Below are positions 11,961 to 23,500 of a stretch of 64,000 nt of DNA, piece by piece (within the stretch, counting starts at the first letter, position 1; the number at the start of each line of letters is the position of its first letter). Location: assembly GCF_006345805.1 (NCBI RefSeq), contig NC_043007.1, forward strand, positions 42,346,001-42,410,000, in the 5' to 3' direction. The position numbers and the translations under genes are program-made. The notes below the pieces were generated by a model. It was not told the DNA's origin and searched no databases. It saw nothing but the letters and a program-made list of their open reading frames with translations. This DNA is from Octopus sinensis. Taxonomy: Eukaryota.

Positions 11961-12406
11961 GAATGCTGCAGGATGTCATAGAACATAAACATGGAATACA
12001 AACTTTTTTTCTGAACAAATGGAAAACAAGACAAGCAACATAAAGAACAACCCTTCATCAGTTGTTGGCTGTTTTTCTACTCCGTATTTCAAGCAATTTC
12101 ATGACAAGATACACCTTTGACAAAACAGTTGCTCCCGCAAAGCAAATTAAATAAGATTTGGGATTTTGCGGAGAGTCAAAGTTGATATAAAAAAAAAAAA
12201 GAAAAACAGGACAGTCGTGACTTGCTCGAAATACAGAATAGAAAAACAGCTGACAACTGATGAGGGGTCATTCTTTATGTTGCTTGTCTTGTTTTCCATT
12301 TGTTTCTTTTGTTGTTAGCAAAATAAGTTTGTTTTCCATGTTTCATGTTGTTTACGGTTTTTTATGACGTCCTGTACCCATATATGCATATGTATATACA
12401 TATATA
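11937..12406. repeat. Imperfect fold-back element (~470 bp)
   Basis: AACAAATGGAAAACAAGACAAGCAACATAAAGAA at 12013 versus its reverse complement ending about 12305. The arms extend outward into the flanking microsatellite-like sequence. Confidence 0.88.
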
Positions 12407-12424
12407 TGTACGTATGTACATATA

Positions 12425-12466
<42 letters not shown>

Positions 12467-13944
12467 TGTTATATATAATCAAAAAGACTCCAAAGAGGTT
12501 AGAGATGGTCAGCATCAGTAAAATCAACAAACAAAAGGAGTACAGTGAACTCAACATGACGAGCAGAAAATCCAGTGTTTCAGGAAGTGTCCTGAAAATC
12601 TTAAAGGAGAGAAATAAATAAGAGCAGAGTATGTAAAAGCTTGCTGTTGAATTTTCCACTCCTCACAGCAAGCCTACTGTACTCTTTTATTTATTTTACT
12701 ACATACACACACACGCTTTTTGTATCTAGGTTACATGATTCTTTATTGAACCAGTGTTATATATATATAAATATATAAAATCAAAGCAATTAAGATTCAA
12801 GTAAATTCCAATGAATTTACTTGAATGTGGTACTTAACTTAGATGCACCAGAAAAAACTATATGGTGTTATCCATACAGTAATGTGGGGTGATTATAAAC
12901 GAGAAAGGAGCAACAAGAATGGATTAGTTTTTAGTACAATTGTTTCATACAAAGACATATATATATAGCCCTCTATTGATAAGACCAAGGAAGGTTGAAA
13001 TCATGTGGTCTGGTGGCCTTGTCACTGGAAGTGGTAGGGATTTATCTCCCCACAAGCAATACAAATAAGAGTGCATTTTGCACTAAAAACCAATTGGATA
13101 GTTTCTCTCATGGTAGCTACCGCAGCATATTTTGTTCTAACAGAATGTCTATGGTTAAGTAGGGATGAATATTACCCCACCAGTACTAATACTGCCTTTG
13201 TTGCTAATGTGTGTGAATGTGTTTCTAATGACCAAAGAGCATGTAACATCATACCTGAACATATTACTCATTTAAATTTGGGGAAGAAGGAGCCAAGTTT
13301 AATCTCAAACTGCTTCTTTCCTTTAAATCCTCCTACACTTACAAGTTGTTTATATATATATATATGTATGTATGTATGTATATATATATATATATATATA
13401 TATGTTGTAATTATGTTTATGTTCATAAAAATTTTTTTCTCCTCATGATCTTGCTAATCACCATCTTAGATGAAACTTGAACAGCCTAGCACTTAGCAAT
13501 GACCCTTGCCCAGTCCTTCACTTGGAAAATATTTATCAAGATTACGGGGCATTACTCATTGTCTTTCTAACTGGGATTTTGTTTTGTAGTTTTTTCTTGT
13601 TACTGTTTTGCATATTTCTTTCCATGCTTGCATGGGTGGTAAGGTTAATCATTTTTATCAGTTGTTTTTTTAAATGGTGCTGCTCTTCCTATTGTTGACC
13701 ATTTAACAGTGATGGAGGAGTGGAATTTTCTTTTTTTTTTTTTTTTCTGTTCATTTAAACAAACTAGAAAACAAGTACAAGCACCTCTCTATTGTACCTT
13801 CCATTTCTCCTTTCCACCCATTCCTTTTATTTTTCTTTGATAATATGTATAAAGGGAAGAGATGTCTACAAAAAGCTTGTGTGTGCTCCATAGTTGGTGA
13901 AAACTTCCAGTAACTAATAAATTAATAATTTCCTACCTTATTGT

Positions 13945-14280
13945 ATCAGATGACTAAATACCTACCTCTCTCTCTGCACCAAATGACTAACTAACCCCAC
14001 CCTCTCTCTGCACCAGATGACTAACTATACCCCTCTTTCTGCTAGAGGACTAACCATTCCCTGCCTCTCTATCTCTCTCTGCCAGAGGACTAACTATCCC
14101 ATCTTGCTTTCTACCAGAGGACTAACCACATTCCCTCTACCAACTTAACTACTCTCTTCCCTCTGAATACTAAATGGTTAACCACCCTCCCCTCCTCTTT
14201 CACATACCTGATTACTAACTCCTCCACTCCCCTTATTGGTAGATAAACTCTCCCTCACAATGCTTAGGTGGCTAAAACTT
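13945..14280. repeat. Degenerate ~30-35-bp tandem repeat upstream of exon C
   Basis: Recurrent GATGACTAACTA..CCCTCTCTCTGCACCA units. Confidence 0.75.
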
Positions 14281-14359
14281 CCTTCCAATCAGCTCAAAAG
14301 CTGGTCTTTTCAGAAATGCCACCTTATTATCATTGTCTTTGAATTCCGTCTGTTAACAG

Positions 14360-14422
14360 GCTAGTCCCGTGAAATCTTTGAGTGAAGACAACTACAAGAG
14401 ACCCGACTCTGACACTCATGCG
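14360..14422 (+). CDS. PACS2: PACS exon C (disordered middle region)
   Basis: TTAACAG acceptor after a pyrimidine tract and GCG|GTATGT donor. 63 nt, phase 0-0, open: ASPVKSLSEDNYKRPDSDTHA. Locally GC/CpG-richer. Little recognisable homology. Confidence 0.72.
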
Positions 14423-15004
14423 GTATGTGACTCCCTAATGCCTAGAAACTCTTTCTCTCCCTTGCTCTCTCTCTCTTTCTTTCTCTGTTTCTCTTTCTCT
14501 CTCTTTATTTCATTTCTTAATTATTTAAAAAATTTTTAGAATAACAAAGTTATTTTTTTCCTTCATTATTTTGTGTTGTTTTTCTTAATTTCTTAATTTA
14601 TTTCCTTAGCAACGTTTCCCAAGCACATCAGTTGTGTCATTGGGAACTTATAAACTGACCTACCATTTGAACAGAAAACATTGGGGTTTTTTTGTGTGTG
14701 TGTTTTTCAAAACTTACAAGATAAGATTATAACTTTTGGGGCTATTAAGGTTATATTTTAGTGAAGAACATTGGTTTCATTTTTCTTTTACATTCCATTC
14801 TAGCAATGAATTTTAAGAGATTAGGTTTAATAAACTGAAAAACTATAGTCCTATTAATTCATGTTAGGCATTTGATTAATTATTGATTGTAATGTTTTTT
14901 TTTTTGTATATTTCTTTTTTGTGTCTTCATTTAAAAAGAAACATGGTTCTAGGTGCCTCATTAATTATTTACCCTTTTCTTTCTGAATTTCTAAGTCTCC
15001 AGCC

Positions 15005-15050
15005 TATATGTATATATGTGTGTATGTGTGTGTATATATGTGTGTGTAAA

Positions 15051-15093
<43 letters not shown>

Positions 15094-15549
15094 GTGTGTG
15101 TGTATATATGTATATGTGTGTGTGTGTGTATATATGTATATGTGTGTGTGTGTGTATATATGTATATGTGTGTGTGTGTGTATATATGTATATGTGTGTG
15201 TGTGTATATATGTATATGTGTGTGTGTGTATATATGTATATGTGTGTGTGTGTGTTATATATGTATATGTGTGTGTGTGTGTATATATGTATATGTGTGT
15301 GTGTGTGTATATAGTATATGTGTGTGTGTATATGTATATGTGTGTGTGTGTATATGTATATGTGTGTGTGTGTGTGTATATGTATATGTGTGTGTGTGTA
15401 TATGTATATGTGTGTGTGTGTATATATGTATATGTGTGTGTGTATATATATGTATATGTGTGTATATATATGTATAATATATATATATATGTGTGTGTGT
15501 GTATGTGTGTGTGTATATATGTAGATATGTGTGTTTTCTTGTGTATGTA

Positions 15550-15594
<45 letters not shown>

Positions 15595-16153
15595 GAGTGT
15601 ATGTGTGTGTGTGTGTGTATATATATATATACGTATATATATTTGTATACTGTTTTGTCTGGGGAGAATCATTTTCTTTTTGTATCATATAATTTAACAC
15701 ACTCACCGATAAAAATTCCACTTATTTTTATTTTCCTAAAATTTTCGTTACTTCATGCAACCTTTTCAATAGTCTTGAAAATATTTGTATATCTAGATAA
15801 ATGGAGTTAAATGCAGATGTTATTCAAATTCTTTTACTTCCAACATATGTTTCAAAGACAATATTGGTATTACTCCAGAAGGAATAAAATGGTGTAAAAC
15901 AATGCAATCTTCTCATCAGGGAAAGAAAGAAACCAAACACATCGATAAGACATATATATATTTATGTACATATCTATGCATATATATATATATATGTGTA
16001 TATCTGTGTATATATATTGTGTGTGTGTGTGTGTGTGTATATATGGAGTATATATATATGTGTGTATATATGTGTGTGTGTATATATATATATGTGTGTG
16101 TATATATATGTGTGTATATATATATATGTGTATGTATATATATATATATATGT

Positions 16154-16190
<37 letters not shown>

Positions 16191-16218
16191 GTGTATGTAT
16201 ATTATATATATATATATA

Positions 16219-16297
<79 letters not shown>

Positions 16298-16524
16298 TTT
16301 ATTTAAAGCAGCAGAAAATTCAACGAAACATGTTACTCTGAGTTTCCCGTTACTGTTCATCTAGCAAAAACTGTCCGATGAACGGCAACGGGAAACTCAG
16401 AGTAACAGGTTTTGTTGAATTTTCTGCTGCTTTAAATAAAGCATATTACTCTACCACTGGTATTTGAGTACTCTTTTTTCCATCTTGTTTCACATTTATG
16501 TGTTTACTCCGGTATGTATATATA

Positions 16525-16577
<53 letters not shown>

Positions 16578-16680
16578 ATATGTATGTGTGTATATATATA
16601 TGTATGTATATATATGTGTGTGTGTGTATATATATATGTGTGTGTGTGTGTATATATGTGTGTGTGTGTGTGTATGATTC
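15005..16680. repeat. Compound (TG)n/(TA)n microsatellite fields
   Basis: Three blocks at about 15005-15645, 15950-16297 and 16513-16675. Confidence 0.95.
16298..16440. repeat. Near-perfect hairpin (64-bp arms, 15-nt loop)
   Basis: 16298-16361 is the reverse complement of 16377-16440 with few mismatches. Confidence 0.95.
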
Positions 16681-17094
16681 TCAGATCAAATCTGCCACAG
16701 TTAACTTTTCATCCCTCCAGGGAAGCACTGGAGTCAATGGTACTGACTATTCCCCTCCCTTCAAAATCACTGGTGGCATCTCTTCTGGTTTTACGTTATT
16801 ATTTTTAATATTCGTAATCCAACCAAAGCTCTATTTGCCTTTCATCCTTTTTGAGGCTGATAAAATAAGTACCAGCTGAGCATTGGGATCACTTTTACAT
16901 TCTTAGTTCAAATTCTCCTGGGGTTGACTTTGTCTTTTATCCTCTTGTGGTCAATAAAAATAAGTACCAGTTGAGTGCTAGTGTCAATATAATTGACTGA
17001 CTCCAGCCCCAAAATTTCAGGCCTTGTGCCTATAGTAGAAAGGATTATTATTAATGATGGTGATGATTATGATGATAATATCATCATAATAATA

Positions 17095-17680
17095 ATTCTT
17101 TTTTATTGGCCACAAGGGCTGACACGCATGATTTGAAACATGAAGGGACAAGACAGGATGAAAGGTTACAAAGGGTTTTGTCCGTTTTTGAAAAACATTG
17201 AGTAAAAACTTAATAACATTTAAAACATTTAACAATGAAAAACTCCCAAAAGGGGGAGACGTTTCGAAAGGTTCCTGGTGGAAAAAACCCTACAAAAGCC
17301 AACGGGAGCCTGGTCAAAAAAGGGGTGTAGAGAGTCCCTTTTTTCTCCTTTTGTATTACTTTTTTGAAATCACAGGCGAAACCTGAGAACTGGTCCATTT
17401 ATACTGGCCAGTCTCGCACAATTCACCAACCTTTCATAAAACTTGCCATTGGACAGCACTTTCCTCTCTAACCTCATCTTCCTTTTCAAGTGAAACTTGA
17501 AAAAGTTGATGAGGCCTTGACCAAAGAGGAAAGTGTCTGACTTTAGCCCTTTCAAACGAGTCCACCATACCACCTCTTTCGCCACAGCCACTAGGCACAA
17601 GAAAACGGCCTCGCCCTCCTTGTTAAAGGAGGTCGGCGGGGCAATCTTCACTATGGATTCGGCCGATAGTCGGATCTGTC
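17095..17680 (-). mobile_element. Second, divergent L1/Tx1-like 3' fragment
   Basis: ORF 17370-17651 (KRKMRLERKVLS...) is homologous to 55046-55163, and has the same 3' terminus CCTTGTGGCCAATAAA on the minus strand. Confidence 0.8.
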
Positions 17681-20629
17681 CTTAATAATCCTCTATAGAG
17701 GTTAATTTAAGCTTCCATTTCTCTAGGTTTGACAAGAAGTATACTTGTCAAGAACTGAGATTGATTTCTCCTTATATAATTTGTGGCCTTGAGCTCAAAA
17801 CTCAAACTAATAATAGTTTATATCGTTAATTAGTTGCAGACATAATAGTGTACTTCGTGGTATTTAGTTATTTCCCCATGTATTTTGAGTTCAAATCCCA
17901 CTGAGGTAGACTTTGCTTTTCATCTTTCTGGAGTTATTAAAATAACTACCAAGCAAGTACTGGCATCTATTATACCATTTACATCTCTCCCATAAAATAT
18001 CTGGCATTGTGCCAATGTTAGAAACCCATCATCATTACAGAATCACAACTACTTGTATAATAATCATTTCTCTATTTTCCACAAGGGCACCAACAGAGAG
18101 CCAGTACAAAGAATCTTTTTAAAAAATGAAGATGATTTCTTGATTTTTTTTTGTTATAAAATGATATCAAACAGTGATATCAGATGTATAAATAAATTTT
18201 TCATTTATTTATAAACCTTCAGAAAGTAAAAAAACACTTCCAAATCCTAACGAAGAGCTCTCGTTATGTTCTAAATTGCTAGCGAATGGATTTCTCCCTC
18301 TTACTGGTTGAGCAAAAGAGACCAATTGAATAAATATCAGACGTCAAAACAAATGTACTGAGATTGATTTTTTTCAACTAAACCCTCCAATTTGGCCAAG
18401 CCAATGACTGAAACAAGTAAGATAGATGGTGGAAAAAAAGTTTCATCTATGAAGATGATCAGAGTGGCATCTAACTTTAGATGTCACTTTTCAAGTTGTC
18501 AGCTGTGGGAACACATGTACTCCATATGTCAGATGTTCCCTGTCTTTAGGATACACTTGACTCACAATTAGAGCTCAGTCAAAGTACTCCTTCCCACAGC
18601 AGCTGAATACTTTTGTGAGGAATATCTCAAAAGAGATGACCATATTTACGTATCATCCTGTAATCTCTGCTTTTGTATTGTATTAATGGTTTCTGAAGAG
18701 ACATTGCCGTTTTTGTAGAAGCAGAGATGTACCCAATTAAAGTAACACAAAGAATTTAACATTATAGTCAACTCCAGTATAATTTAATCTCAGAACATTG
18801 AGAATAAGACTAGAGTAAATCGTTAAATCCATGCCACTAACACTCTCATTAGCAACAATAGTAATGGCAAGCAAGCCTATGAGTGAGCTTTTACCTGGCT
18901 GCATAACCCACTGGAAATAGAAGCTAAATTTCCCTCAAGTCTCACTCTGCTATCTTGGGAAAGCCATGTTGATAATATGGCAAGGGTTTGGAATGCCTTT
19001 GATGATTACCTAGCCTTACTAGAGCTAACTTGGGGTTAAACAAAATATAATATTGATGGTACTAATTACATACATGGATGCATGCATGTGCGTGCACACT
19101 CACACATGCACTCTCTCTCTCTCTTACACACACACACACAAACTTGATATGAGATTTTCAAAGCAATATAAAATGGATAATTGTCATCTTATTGACCCTG
19201 TCAGAGGTTTTAGCAATTAATAAATGAATGTTTAATAGATTTATTGTATATTGATGAATTATTTCTAGAGTATTAACCTCATCTTTTGTTTCATTATGGA
19301 CAGTAATTTGAATAGTTTGTTCTGTGATCATCATTAGGTTTCTGGTTATTATATATGTACATTGTCCCATACTGAATTTGAACTCGGATGTTTTATTCAT
19401 AAACAAAGGATTTGAAAATCCAAATGAGCCTATACCCAAATATTTGTGCATTTTAGCACAATGCCCCAGCATGGCTGCAGTCTAATGACTGAAACGGATA
19501 AAAGATCTATCTTTAATTTGTTAGTAGCCATATCCATATTGAGCATATATAAGCACTGAATTTACTGATTGGGTTATCTGTTAGTTCTATGTGTCCTGCT
19601 TCTTTAATATTCCTGTGTTTCTTTGTTCTTTTGTAATGGACCTGTATTCCATACTGATATAGGATTTCCTTTGATGCACGATTTGTGCTCAGCTATTCCT
19701 GATTTTGGCATTTAGCCATTCATTAGTCATGTAGAGATAATGATGGATGTAAATCTTTATACTTCATGCCACTCTTGAGTAAGTGATACTCTGGTGAGAA
19801 ATCTACAGAGTATAGTGTTACTCATGAACATTGTTCTAACTTTATATATTCCACAAATTCTTTTTGTTTTCTTTTAAGAAGTTCACTTAGATGCAGGCAT
19901 GGCTGTGAGTTCAGTCCTACTGAGTGAACATTGTTAGCTAACATTTTATACTCTAGCCACAGGTCAACCAATACCCTATGAGTTAGACTAGTTAACAGAA
20001 ACTGAAGAAGCCTGTCGTGTGTGTATGTAGGCTCATATTTTTACCTTGTTTTTACATGTTCATTGACTGTAAATAAAGCCCTGCCATCAATACAGACAGT
20101 GTCTTATGCTTGCAGCCAACTGTGAAAGCACATCTGACATCTGAGCTTCTTGACATGTTGCATGTTCTTTGTAAACAAAAGAGGCTGGTAATTTGTCTGG
20201 AATTTTTTTGACATATACAGAACGGCAGTGGAAAGCTAGTAAAAATAAATCTAAGCTGATAAACAATCAAAAACACCAGTGTCAGTTTCAGTTCAATGTG
20301 GCTGCCATTACTGAAAATGTGAAACTGTATTGTAAAATTACTCTTATATTTGGTTATGTGTGATTGAATTAGTAGATTAGGACTTTAAACTCTGAAATGG
20401 CTGTGCATTCGCTTTCCAGTCACTAGATTCAGGATTTGATCTTACTGCATGGCACATGACGAAGTGTTTTGTACCAAAACCTTGTGAATGAAATTATGTT
20501 GATAGGAGCTGTTTTTGAAGCCTGTCAAAATGTATCTGTTCTTAAGAGGTAGATTTAACCTGTCACCTAATTTAACACCACCACCTGACCCTTGAATGCC
20601 TCTAGTAAAGCCCACTCTGTTGCAAATAT

Positions 20630-20834
20630 TTAACCCCTTAGCATCCAAATTACTCTGTCAGGTGTAACGTTTATGTAATGTTTAACAATGTTCAGAATTA
20701 ATCATGCATTATTTTGTAGCTTCAAGAATTTAGTGGCGTGATGATTTTTAGATTGACATTGAAGGGTAGGTGTGAGATACCAGATCAGGCTGGTTTCAAC
20801 ATAAAGCAGGCGAGTTTAACTGCCAAAGGGCTAA
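20630..20834. mobile_element. piggyBac-like non-autonomous MITE
   Basis: Ends TTAACCCCTTAGCA...GCCAAAGGGCTAA (TTAA + CCCTT-type TIR). Related copies at 1217-1432 and 59783-60017 (opposite strand). A different TTAA/AAAGGG-ended family ends at about 29917. Confidence 0.65.
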
Positions 20835-21705
20835 AACTATCTCTCCTAACCTGACCATAAATTAATTCACTGCTCCTTTTTATGGCAACTCATTAGTGAA
20901 TTGACTGCCTTTAAGGCTTGGGATAGAATGCTTCACAGTAACTCTGAGTCTATGTACTCTGAGTTCAAATCCTATCAAAATCAACTTTTCTTTTTCATCC
21001 ATTCAGAATCAATAAAACCAGTACCAGTCCAGGCTATAGATAGACAAAACTGTTAGCAAGTCAACCAAAGATACCTCGGGTTATCTGTTTCAGCTCATTG
21101 CATTTTGACCAGAGCACTTACAATGAAATTTGGTGCCAAATTGTATTGGCCTAAGTTGGCTGTTTATCCTTTTCACCAATGATATCAATGGTACAAGAAA
21201 TAGAAGACTTGCTTGCATCAGCAACAGCTATAATCTTCTTGGAAAAAATTTTACTGATGCCTGCACATACGTGATGCTATCTACAGGTGCTTTTGTCCTA
21301 AGGTACATGGTCAAGCTTCCCTAATGAATGAAGACCTTATATAATTCATGTGTCATTGTTTTGTTCTCCTTCCTTACACCTACGTACACATACCAAACTT
21401 GGAGGCCCTGCAAAGATCATGGACTCCTGATTAAACAAATTTTTAGCAAATTACCATTTCTAAAGCTTGCATCCAGATTAAGACATTGTTCATGTTGAAA
21501 TTGATGACGATTATTTTGATGATTATAGATTAAACTAATGGAGATGTTTTGGAAAAATGGAAAGTAAAATAAACAAATAGATGATGAGGTTAATAATCTA
21601 GAAAACTTCATTTATTGCAACTCCTATTACAGGTTTAGATATTTATACTAAATTTTGTAGTTGGTTTTAAATTGCCCTGATTGTTCTCGTTCTTCTTTTT
21701 CTTTA

Positions 21706-21756
<51 letters not shown>

Positions 21757-21876
21757 ATGCAATTGAATTGTACTGGATCTGTTAATTTCAAAAGTGGTCT
21801 CACTAATTTTCTTTACATGCATTTACTACTCCCTTTCTCTCTCATACATACACACATAAATACATATTTCTCTCTC

Positions 21877-21909
<33 letters not shown>

Positions 21910-23135
21910 TCAGATTCTATTATCCTTTCTTTAGATATCTCTTTTCTTTCTCTCTCTCTCTCTCTCCCCACTTATATTCACTCCTCTCTGTAATTCTGTC
22001 TCTCTTGTTCCTGAATATCTGCCATTATATCTCTCTGTCTTCAGCATGCAGATAAATGCTTGGATTATTTTCCATTCAATATCTTGTTTGTTTGTTTTTT
22101 GTTTTCAAATATTTGTTTTTATTTATTTGTTGTTTTTGTTGCATTACTGTTACATTTTGTTTGTTTTTTGATTTACATATATTTTATATTCATATTTTTT
22201 TTAATTACAATCTTTTGATTGTCTCATTTAAGTTAAAATTGTACCTAATTATATGACTCCTCTTCTGTTCTCTATACCTATACATATTTACACATACATG
22301 CAGATACACATACAGTAATACTCACCTATACTCTAATCATTCCCATTTGTGCATGTACATACATATATATATACATGCACATGCATTTGAATATGCAAAC
22401 AACAGTAAAAAAAATAATCGCTCCATACACATGGTAAGTTTTAATTGTTTATTCAAAGCTAAGGTTTTAAAATGGTTACTATTCTGAGTTTTTGATTTTG
22501 AACTTATTCTTCAAGGCACTTTGAAGAATGTGATAAAAAATTGGAAACCCCCAAACAGTGATGTTGTAAAGTCCTGGCTTTGTGAGAGTGAGTGTATACA
22601 TATATTAACTCAGAGACAATACCAACTTCATTCCACAAGCTAAGAAATAACACTCAAGAGATGAGATTTTGTGAAGTATTTCAGTTGACTCTGAAATAGG
22701 AATTTTTGGTGCTGTGGGGGTGGGTGATAAAGGGGTCTGAATGGTGATCTGTTGGGAATGAGCGTTTTTTTGCTGTGATTTTCAACTGGCCCAATGTTGT
22801 ATCTCTATGCATGTATATAATATGTTCTGCATAAACTTGCCAAACTTATAATGACATACATTTAAGACATGCTATCTTCTGCAATAAATTGTTTTGTCTT
22901 GAAGAGAGGTAACTTCTGTCACTTTCAGGTAGAAAGCTTCCTTTGATGCAAAGCTCTTTGTTCAGGTTTCTTGCTACTGTCATTAGTTCATTATTTTAAT
23001 TATCATTATATATATTTAAATAAAAATGAGGTGAAGACTGAAATTCTTCAAAGGGATGTCAAACAAACAAGTTTGCCGGTACAGTCTAAGTAAAGAATAT
23101 ATATAGAAATATATATTCAGTATTTGCAAAAACAG

Positions 23136-23500
23136 TAAATGAAGTATGAGGAAAGGAAAAATTGTAAGTGTAGATGAACTTTAATTCAATTCATAATCCA
23201 AGTTGGTACAGAACCAATTTACATTCTACAAATTGTTTCAGAGTCTAATTAATTCCAAAGACATCTGGGCTAGGAAAGGTCTTTGTATATTTTGTTGGTC
23301 GTAACTATTCCTACCAGTATTTAATTCCTGAGGAGGAATCTAATTTTTGTTTCATGAAGAGTTTTTTGTTTTTGTCGTTGGGATTAATTAGACTCCAAAA
23401 GAATTTGTAGAATGTTTATTGGTTCTGTACCAACTTGGATTATGAATTGAATTAAAGTTCTTCTACACTTACAATTTTTCCTTTCCTTATACTTCATTTA
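23136..23500. repeat. Fold-back inverted repeat (~127-bp arms, ~110-nt spacer)
   Basis: 23136-23262 is the reverse complement of 23374-23500. Confidence 0.95.

Noticed and set aside
11252-16879. Numerous YI/VC-rich ORFs
   Set aside because: Microsatellite translations.
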